In this document: in pieces, positions 54,414 through 64,000 of the stretch
Numbering within the stretch: the first letter of the stretch is position 1
How the letters are laid out: each line of letters begins with the position of its first letter
Assembly (NCBI GenBank): GCA_951406725.2
Contig: OX597830.1
Span: 28,272,001-28,336,000 of the forward strand
Direction of reading: 5' to 3'
Source: Octopus vulgaris
Taxonomy: Eukaryota
Length of the DNA stretch: 64,000 nucleotides
Program-made: the position numbers and the translations under genes
Notes under the pieces: generated by a model
What the model was told of the DNA's origin: nothing
The model's input: only the letters and a program-made list of their open reading frames with translations
The model's database searches: none

Positions 54414-54638
54414 TTCCATATCTGACCATCCTGTCATTTAAATATGTAGCGTTACATTGTAAAATATTTCAGTACTGTATTTTAGAAGGCTGGCTCTGAT
54501 TTGGTTGATATTTTTAGCTGGCCGAGAACCTCGCAGAATCTTAATGGCCAGCTAAAAATATCAACCAAATCACAGCCAGCCTTCTAAAATACTGTGTATC
54601 ACTACATATCTAAAACGACGGGTTGGTCACATATGGAA
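54414..54638. repeat. Inverted repeat: 47-bp near-perfect inner arms plus diverged outer arms
   Basis: 54477-54523 vs 54546-54592 (1 mismatch); outer ttccatat.tgacca... / ...tggtcacatatggaa. Confidence 0.85.
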
Positions 54639-55244
54639 TGCCTTTGATCATAGGTTAGCTGTATCAGCGTTGATGTGGGGCTAAACTATTACAGCGATGT
54701 TTTTATTTCTTTGTTTCTTATTGTTATTCTAGTATCGGTTGTAAAATGTTTTTAGACAATATATTTCGTGTTGGAAATACCGTTTTCTTCAGTGTTCTTG
54801 TTCTTTGCCATAATTCAGTTGGATAATTTATTGAAGTAGTATTGTCTAATTCTGTTGTAGTCTTGGGGTTTTGATCCTTTAATGACCAATATGAAGAATT
54901 TCATTGAAGTAATGCATTTACAGCAGTCAGGTTTCAGTAATAGAAATACTTCAATGTAATTTGTGATTTATGATCTGCCCTTTGCTCTTTTTCAGGGTCA
55001 TCGAAGGCTCATCTAATGTGACTTTCTAAGGGACTTTACACATCGTGCTGGAAACACCCTTCCATTATTCTATGTAATGTTGTTGCGAGACGAACAGAAA
55101 TGAAGTGTTTCCGTGTGAAACCGATTGGTATGACCTCTTGTGAGTTATAGGAAGGAAATAGGTTGTAGGGGAAACAAAGAGAGGGTTGGAGTGGGTTAAA
55201 GGAGAATCTAAGAGAAGGAGAAAAAGGAGGATGTCAAGAAGAGA

Positions 55245-55271
55245 CTAATAGTAGTAGTAATAGCAGTAGCA

Positions 55272-55309
<38 letters not shown>

Positions 55310-55650
55310 CATCATAATAATAATAATGATAATGATAATACTAATAATAATGATAATAATAATAATATTAATAATAATAATAATAATAATATTAATAATA
55401 ATAATAATAGTGATAATAATCATAATACTAATAATAATGATGATAATAATAATAATAACAATAATAATAAACGTAAAAGAAGTAGAAGAAAAGGATGATT
55501 CTGCAAGGTACATTATAGTTGTGGTAATAGCAGCGGCAGCAATAATAATATTAGTAGAGGAGGAGGATGCTGACGACGACGACGACGACGACGATGAGGT
55601 GGTGGAGGAGGAGGATGGGAAATGGAAGACAAAATGAAGAATAAGACGAA

Positions 55651-55725
<75 letters not shown>

Positions 55726-55860
55726 AAGGAGAGAGGAGGAGGAGGAGGACAAATAAGAAGGGGAAGAAGGAGAAGGAGAAGAAAAGGAAGAATAAGAATA
55801 AGAAGAGGGGGTAGAAGAATAAAAAGAAAAGGAAGAAGAGGAGGGATAAGGAGGGGGAGG

Positions 55861-55905
<45 letters not shown>

Positions 55906-55940
55906 CGACGAAAAAGAAGTAGACGAAGAAAAGAATAATA
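55245..55940. repeat. (AAT)n and (AAG/GAG) low-complexity tract
   Basis: Directly visible. Confidence 0.9.
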
Positions 55941-55981
55941 ATAGGGACTAGGAAACTGGTATATATATGTATACATACATG

Positions 55982-56036
<55 letters not shown>

Positions 56037-56457
56037 GTATGTGTATGTTTGCACATGTGTGATGTGGGTGCATGTGTGTGTATGTGTGTGTGTGTACGTG
56101 AGTGTGTCTGTGTGCCTACATGCAACATTGTAAGTAGGTAAAAACCAGAAAACAAGTGAAGAGGTTTGAAATGAATTCAAAGGTGAATAATAAAGGGGCC
56201 CAAATGCTGCTTCACTCACAGAATGGTCAAATTCTTCTCTTTCTCGCTTATCCTTTCTAGCCTTAATTTCTTCTTCTTCGTTTTTCCATTCTCTCCATCA
56301 TATTTCTATTCTCGCTGCGTATGTGTGTATATGTATACCTAAAGATATAGCTTTCAGAAAATTAATGTATCGATATATACAAATATGTGTATGTGTGTGT
56401 GTGTGTGTCTGCATGTGTATGCTTGTGTGTTTGTTTGTGCATGTCTATATATGTATG

Positions 56458-56496
<39 letters not shown>

Positions 56497-56581
56497 AATA
56501 ATATTAAAGATTAAAATTAATTACTTAATTAATCAGTTAATTAATCATTAATCAATAATTTTAGAAAGTAGGTAATATAGG

Positions 56582-56650
<69 letters not shown>

Positions 56651-57411
56651 TTGTGTATGTGTGTGTGTGTGTAGGTGTGTGTGTATATATATACATAGAT
56701 GTTATATCCAACCATTTATCTATCTCTATATATACATGGATATATATATTGGAGTGTGCACACACACTCACACACACACATAAATGCATGTATATATGAA
56801 TGTGCACTTAATACATTTATATTTATATGTTATGTATACAGATATATGTGGATGTATTAGTAAGTATGAGTGCGTAGTCTTATATGTGAATTGTCTTAGT
56901 GCATGTTGATGCAAATTTCAGTACTATGTAGAATACTTCCACTGGATGCAACGATGAAATATTATACATGTCAGTTTTTGTGTGTGCCTGAATGACTGTG
57001 CATACGTCTACATATGCATATATGCACCTGTGTGAATATGTGCATGCAAATTGTAGTACTTCACACAAAGTGATTTTGCGTTTTGACCTCGTGCAAAGAT
57101 CATGTTTAATTGTACCGTTCGCAAAATCTCGTGCCAGATGTATCGCTCCTTTCGCCTCTATGTGACACTAAATTATGCCAAGAGGGGATTTTTTTTCCAA
57201 AGATTCTCAAGCCATAATTGTCATATAACACTATTTCAATTAATTTTGTAGTTGGGATTCAATACCCCTATCTAGCTACGCAGAATGCGATTCTCCTTCA
57301 ACACATTAAACGTAGACACGCACATTAACAGACGCAAGCATAAGTATGTATGTATGTATGTATGTATGTATGTCTGTATGTATGTATGTATGTATGTACA
57401 TATAAATGTAC

Positions 57412-57442
<31 letters not shown>

Positions 57443-57484
57443 ATGCGTATGTATATATGTATATATACACACACACACACACAC

Positions 57485-57529
<45 letters not shown>

Positions 57530-57532
57530 ATG

Positions 57533-57621
<89 letters not shown>

Positions 57622-57739
57622 GCATATATAATATTATTTTCTTTTATTCTATTATACGTTTCAGCTCTATGGCTGCAGTAGTGTAATCACATTTTCAATC
57701 GCCAATCTTATGAAATGAAGGAGTGAGGTTGACACGGCT

Positions 57740-59160
57740 GCCCTCATTTGAGTTTCTTACCTTGGTATACGTTTATTTTGGGACCTTAATAACAAGACCT
57801 AAAGCTGTATCGTGAAAACATATACCCGTGCTCCACGAAGACCCTTCAGATGTTTTGGTAAGGCATTACATAGCTGTAGGTCTTGGAGCCCCAATCTATT
57901 GCCTTACATAGTCCTCATTCTAGACGGGAAAGCGGGGAAATTTGGAACAGTGCAGTTACGCCCAGTTCGGGGTTTGATATAGCTCATGATACCTAAGTTT
58001 GGTGCCAGCTCCCTCAGGATTATCCTTATATACATCACTGAATACCTCTCCCGTCTTCGTTCCAGAGAGTAGAGTCTTAGCCCTTTCTGTCTCTCCCAGT
58101 AACTCAGCTGTTCCGTTGATGCAATCTTCCCGGTGCAGCACAGCTGAAATGTTTTAAGTACCGCTATTAATTTGACACTATAGGGTGACCACGGTTGATA
58201 GCAGTAGTTCACATGTCTGAGTGAAAATTTTCTCCATAGACCCAACATAATTTCCTCGTCACTTGTTCTGAAGGTTCCCAGAATCCATCCGACCATTCGC
58301 CAGCACATTACCACCATGTTGGTGATATGTACGTGAAACGAGGCATCGTTACTCATATTAACCCCCAGATCACACACTCTAGGTGACTCTGTGATTGCCT
58401 TCCTTTTGATCCAAAAAATTGTTGCTGCAGTTTGTGAGTCGCAATTAGCTGGTAGTGGAGAACTTGGAATTTATTTGCATTAAATTGCACGTGGCTTTCT
58501 TCGCCCCGTTTATACATGGCATCTAAGTCTTTCTGTAGTAGATTAGCATCAGAACAATGTTCCTTGACTGCTTGTACTACTTTTGTGTCGTCGGCATATT
58601 TGCAAGTTTGGCTGTCTGTGTTACTGATGGCATGTCTGAATGAGCTACCATGAAGAGCAGCGGCCCCAATACAATTCCCTGAGGCGTTCCACTCCCTATT
58701 ATTGTGTTCTTGTAGAAGGCTCCATTGGCTGCCACAGCCTGGCTTCTGCTTTTAAGAAGTCATGCAACCACTCTCCGAGTTTTCTGACTATGCTGAGTCT
58801 CCGTAGCTGGTGACATATCATCCCATGTTCAACTTTATCAAAGGCCTTTACGAAATCAAGATACATCACATCCACATTTGAGCGATTCATTAATTGTTTC
58901 AACACCCAGTGATAATGTTGCAAAAGCTGTATAAGACAGCTTCTTCCTGAGCGGAAACCTTGCTGCGTATCAGCAACTAAGTCCTAATCTTCAAGAAACG
59001 CAATCAGTTTCCGCCTGACAATGCGTTCCATGAGTTTCTGACATGGGATGTTAGAAAGACTGGTCTATAATTTTTAGCATCTGCTCTGTTAACTCCCTTA
59101 TGGACAGGACCTTACTTTAAAATTCCGGCAAGTCTCCAATATTACTTCCTTTAAGTTTTC
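57740..59160 (-). mobile_element. Decayed CR1-like LINE reverse transcriptase fragment
   Basis: Minus strand KNYRPVFLTS, QQGFRSGRSC, YLDFVKAFDKV, SGTPQGIVLGPLLF, YADDTK (58587-58598), DLGV, WSPY and LSYWER..LRLYSLERRR; frameshifted. Confidence 0.9.
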
Positions 59161-59543
59161 GGGAAGTCTCCATGTGTGAAACGCCACTGTTTATTTACGA
59201 TGAGCCGCCGATTAGCGTTACCTGTCATAGAATGATGACAAATATCGTAAGAGCGATACCGTCTCCCGTTTCAACTCGTAAAGAGTCCTTGTTGAGTTTC
59301 ATTGGTTGAAGAGGAGACAACTACTCCAAAATGCCTATGTTCAACTGGTGGGGCGGCGCTGCGAGCTGATCCGCTCTATTTGCATCCATTTGGCGACAGC
59401 GAGAACATTTCTCCATGATAAAACACAGCGAATGAATTTCTCACGGGTTCGAATATACATCATGCCTATTTGAATTGGTAGCTAGTTCGTATTCATATAC
59501 AAGACTTCTTACCGATGTCACCCCGTAACTCCCAAACAAACAC

Positions 59544-59597
<54 letters not shown>

Positions 59598-59974
59598 GCA
59601 CACACACACGCACACACAATAGCAAATCGAAAATTGAAATTTAAAACAAAACAATAAAAGTCAAACGGATGTATTAGATTGATACTCAGTAAGAAATGCA
59701 AAAAGAGAGGTATGTAACGCTTCGTGCATGGCTCTTCGTCTGGAACAGGAGAGAGTTAAGGTCTGGAGAGAAGGATAAAAGACCAATAAAAGCACCTGTG
59801 AGATTGCATACATGAAGTGCATTTAGACACTATTCAAATGAAATAATCACTAATTAATTTAGTGTTCAACTTTTAAATGCAAGAAATAGGGAAACACCAA
59901 TCAAATATTGGAGGGAGTATTGGCAGTATAACTGGTAGTAATTATACGGTAGGGGAGAAAAGTGAACAATATAC

Positions 59975-60005
<31 letters not shown>

Positions 60006-60062
60006 AGTGTGAGAGAGAGAGAGTGGGAGAAAGAGAGTTACACAAATATTATCATGCATTAT

Positions 60063-60180
60063 GAGCGTAGGCTCGAAACGTTAAAGCCTTTTTCACTTCC
60101 CGAGCGTTATACTCATACTTCTGTTTTTTGTCTACAACACCTGTCTTCGTCTTTTGTTTTTTTTTTTGTGAATTCTCCCT
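60063..60180 (+). mobile_element. Short (TA)n-anchored module with the 3' half of a hammerhead motif
   Basis: gagc-gtag-gctc-GAAA-cg-t-t-aaag ... ttctccct+(AT)n; homologous to 25600-25730. Confidence 0.6.
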
Positions 60181-60184
60181 ATAT

Positions 60185-60234
<50 letters not shown>

Positions 60235-61244
60235 GACGGGCTTCTTTCAATTTCCGTCATCTACCAACTCCACTCACTCAGCTTTAGATAACGAGAATAC
60301 ATACCCTCTATCCTCACTTTTAATGAGGCTGTGCATACATATTATCATGCATTCGAAAGCGTACATATAATATGTAGACTATGTGAAATGTCCAACACAC
60401 TGCTAGAAATAAATATTGACTTGTTTAAAACCACCACCACATGTGGTGGTTTTATACCGCAATTGAGACTGGAATTTATGTCCTTTCCACGAAAATTAAA
60501 TCTTTATCAATAGAATATATTTTCTTAGAACAAATTTAATGTTATCTAGAATTTCAAAATATTCCCACGTATCAGACAAGCATGCAGAACTAAAATCTAA
60601 CAAATTAACATCTCACTGGAATCGCAAGAAAGCAATCATAGTCTAGATCTTTACGAATGCATACTGTACAGAGCAAGCATAAAAGTTAGAGACGGTAGCG
60701 AAAGAAACGTATTAGCCTGAGGGTAATATGTTTAAAATCAGATATATGCCACACAATAATTCATATTGGCCCAAGGATAGAACGAACTCGTCTTCACGTA
60801 TTGTAATAAGACTCAGATTTGAGTAATAGCCGATTACCAGAAAAAAAAATGATTGCAATTTACGAAAAAAAAAAAAAATGAAGAAGATAACGGGCAATAG
60901 TTACGGAAGGTAATAATCGTTTTTGAATGAATAAATTTGTCTACACTAATCAAAATATTTTACTCGCGCTTTTTTTAAATGCGTATGTGCGCGTGCATGC
61001 ATGTAATGTATTTAATTATATGTGTGTGTATAATTATGTATGTTTATGCGAGTAATTCTTGTTTTTTATATAATTTTCATCTGTCTTGCCTGCATATTGT
61101 TCTGGTGTCCGCTGAAATTTTCTCTAGAGAACATTCTTTTCTTTGTAGTTTGATCGTTGGTGATCTACTTCTAGCATACGGCTGACCACTTAGTAGGTTT
61201 TTTAGCCCTTTAAATATATACATATATGCATATATATATATATA

Positions 61245-61418
61245 CTTTATCTAAAGCAGCAGAAAATTCAACAAAACCTGTTACTCTGGGTTTCACGTTG
61301 CCGTTCAGAGTAACAGGTTTTGTTGAATTTTCTGCTGCTTTAAATAAAGCATATTACTCTACCACTGGTATTTGAGTAGTCTTTTTTCCACCTTGTTACA
61401 CATTTATGTGTTTACTCC

Positions 61419-61420
<2 letters not shown>
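61245..61420. repeat. Fold-back (44-bp arms 61245-61288 / 61306-61349) plus a tail ending at (TA)n
   Basis: The arms are reverse complements with 1 mismatch. On the minus strand the loop reads acg-gcaa-cgt-GAAA-cccagag-TA-acag. Confidence 0.85.
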
Positions 61421-61469
<49 letters not shown>

Positions 61470-62236
61470 AAATACCCGCAAAGCCAGGCTCCGTCGTTGC
61501 GCTTGACTGTTGTAGCCAGCCATCAAACGCTTAAGCACGCTAAAGCTGTTCAATCGCATATCATAAACAGCCCTCCAAACACACACCCCTCCATTTACAT
61601 TAGGTTCTTTGTAATTTTCCTTTTTTATTCTTTAACAACGATTTCTTGACCACAATTATAGACATCCTTCACCCCAACTGCTAGCATCTCACCAAAGCCA
61701 TGTGAGTAGATTTGGTAGACGGAAACTGAAAGAAGCTCGTCGTATATTTGTGTGTGTATATGTTTGTATGTTTGTATTTGTGCCCCCCCCCACCCAGCAT
61801 CGCTTGAAACTAACTAAATTACTCATTGACTTATAGTATCTTCCATTGTTTACTGTGAAACGGGGGTAACAACTCAGAAATTATTCCGCTTTGATTCCGA
61901 TTTCATTCATGAAGCATAGCCCTACCTCACGTCTGTACGCGACTATGTAGGAATTAACGACTCGTTAATTTAAAATACTGTATTGTGCATACACGAGTTA
62001 TTGAGGGAAAATGAATATGATTCCGTTAACTTCAAGACCTATAGCCAATTTTCTTATTCTTTTTTTCCACAAAGAAAGGGTTCATTTTCTCATATGTCTT
62101 AAAGCATTGGACTATAAGGACTAAAACTCACTTGATCATAAGTTTACTTGAACAAGTTTCAAGCTTCCTCACAAAAATATACATTGTTTGACGTTTGAAG
62201 TTTAATTATGAAGTAGCTCTTGCAAATACCAATATT

Positions 62237-62588
62237 CTTTTCTACTCTAGGGGGCAGGGGCAGTCGATTAGACAGACCCCAGTATCCAACTGGTACTTAA
62301 TTTATCGACTCCGAAATGATGAAAGGCAAAGTCGACCTCTGCGGAATTTGAACTCAGAACGTAAAGACAGACGAAATACCTGTTTCTTTAGAGGGACAAA
62401 CAAGGACAGAGAGAGGGATTAAATCGATTACTTTGACCCCAGTGCGTAACTGGTACTTAATTTATCGACCCCGAAAGAATGAAAGGCAAAGTCGACCTCG
62501 GCGGAATTTGAACTCAGAACGTAACGGCAGACGAAATACGGCTACGCATTTCGTCCAGCGTGCTAACGCTTCTGCTAGCTCGCCGCCT
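62237..62588 (-). mobile_element. SINE family B with internal duplication and a perfect 17-bp TSD
   Basis: ttgcaaataccaatatt at 62220-62236 and 62589-62605. Confidence 0.92.
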
Positions 62589-64000
62589 TTGCAAATACCA
62601 ATATTATAGCAAAACCTGATGCATGTGTAAATTGTTTCTTTGTCACCTTATTAAAAAAGTATATATTCATAGGTTGATACATATATGAATGCATATATAT
62701 AGGTTCACAAACGTATAAATGCACACAAACATATATGTAAGTCCACTTTACATAGATTAATATATGCATTCATACGTGCATAAAAGCATATTGCATACAG
62801 ATGGGTACTTAAGAGTGTGATTAAGAAAACCGATTCCTGAACATGTTGCTCCCATTCACAGCATAATATGCTAGTGCAACGAATACGTTGTGGGTACAAT
62901 TTGTGACTCAGGAACTAAGTGAAGGTATGAATGCGTGAATGAGAGAGTGAGCGGTGAGATAGTGTATGTTTGTGTATCAGAGAAAGATTGTGTGCGTGAG
63001 AGAAATAGACAAATAGAGTATAAGAATCTATGAGATAAAGTGTGTGAGTGTGTGTGAGTGTTTGTGAGTGTGTGTGAGAGAGAAAGAGAGAGAAAGATAG
63101 AGAGAGAAGGAGTGAGTGTGTGTATGTATTTGCATGAGTTTATACACTACGTAATATATACAAATGTGTTACTTAAGTTTCATGGTACAGCAGCGATTCC
63201 CGTTATATTATTCACTCACACATATAGGCATGCACGCACTCACAAACACACACACACTGTATCTTACATATGCAAACACCTAATATGTATTTACCTGTTT
63301 GTATTTATGTTTACCTGTGTGAACTGGTGAGTCCAGTCGTGACATTTTATCAACCGTAAATTAGCAATTTAATAAAGAGAGATCGATAAAATAAGTATCA
63401 GATAGAAATCAGTTCTGGGTCCAACGTCGAATTACTAAATCCAGGAACAGAATGAAATAGTGAAAAAAACAAACAAAAAAAAAATAATATATACACGCGC
63501 ACATCCATATATACAAAAACATGTACATACACAAAAACGTACATACATAACCACGTACATAAGTTCGTACCTACCTACATATATACATTAAAGCAATGTG
63601 TACATATAGAGACGCAGCAATCTGGTTAGATGATTTGCAACTATTTGTGAAGGAGCGTGGAAATATATGAAAATTAAATATGAATTTTTCTTTGTTACGA
63701 CACGTTTTTTATTATTTTTTTTTTTGCCTTCACTATGGCAGATTCCAGGGGGACAAGTAAATTTATTGATTATGTATTGAAGAACATAAAAATTCTAGAT
63801 TCAACACGGAGTAAAAAAAAAAAACGATATATTAATGATGAAAAAAAACAAGAAAAGCTAATGTATATGTATATAGTCGTTTGGGCATATATGTAAAAGT
63901 TACGAAGTTGTTTATTCGTAGAGTATATATTTATGTATGTCCACGTGTGTTTCTTCATGTGTGTTTATGGCATATTTCTGAAAGCTAAAGTTGTCAATTC

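Noticed and set aside
54755-55090. Minus-strand CTGAAGA...GAAAtatat with a possibly decayed GIY-YIG-like upstream region
   Set aside because: Stems do not form and the translated similarity is too weak to support without an HMM search.

Overview
AT-rich eukaryotic non-coding DNA with no intact host gene visible. It is probably a large intron or intergenic region. The SINE families and extreme microsatellite load resemble what I recall of octopus (coleoid cephalopod) genomes; this is an inference, not a database match. Most ORFs in the track are translations of simple repeats. Supportable content: (1) four tRNA-derived SINE families, two copies with clear 14-17 bp TSDs; (2) decayed autonomous-type elements, namely a hAT-like transposon with ~110-120 bp TIRs (12.7-15.2 kb), a HERO-like RLE LINE (~25.0-26.3 kb), a Dong/R4-like RLE LINE inside a (TAA)n tract (28.2-29.3 kb), a Tc1/mariner remnant (45.8-46.6 kb) and a CR1-like RT remnant (57.7-59.2 kb); (3) two MITE-like elements; (4) a 5'-truncated tRNA-Glu fused to a SINE head. 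The most interesting signal is about ten type I hammerhead-ribozyme (HHR) motifs, from intact to decayed. Most lie in short non-coding modules that end at (TA)n or AT-rich tracts, and two lie in long fold-backs. They include an intact HHR (15766-15857), a 291-bp-period tandem pair each carrying a minimal HHR (52819-53321, retrozyme-like), and a palindrome with back-to-back HHRs on both strands (53650-53768). Together they suggest a microsatellite-associated population of Penelope-type or retrozyme self-cleaving mini-retroelements.
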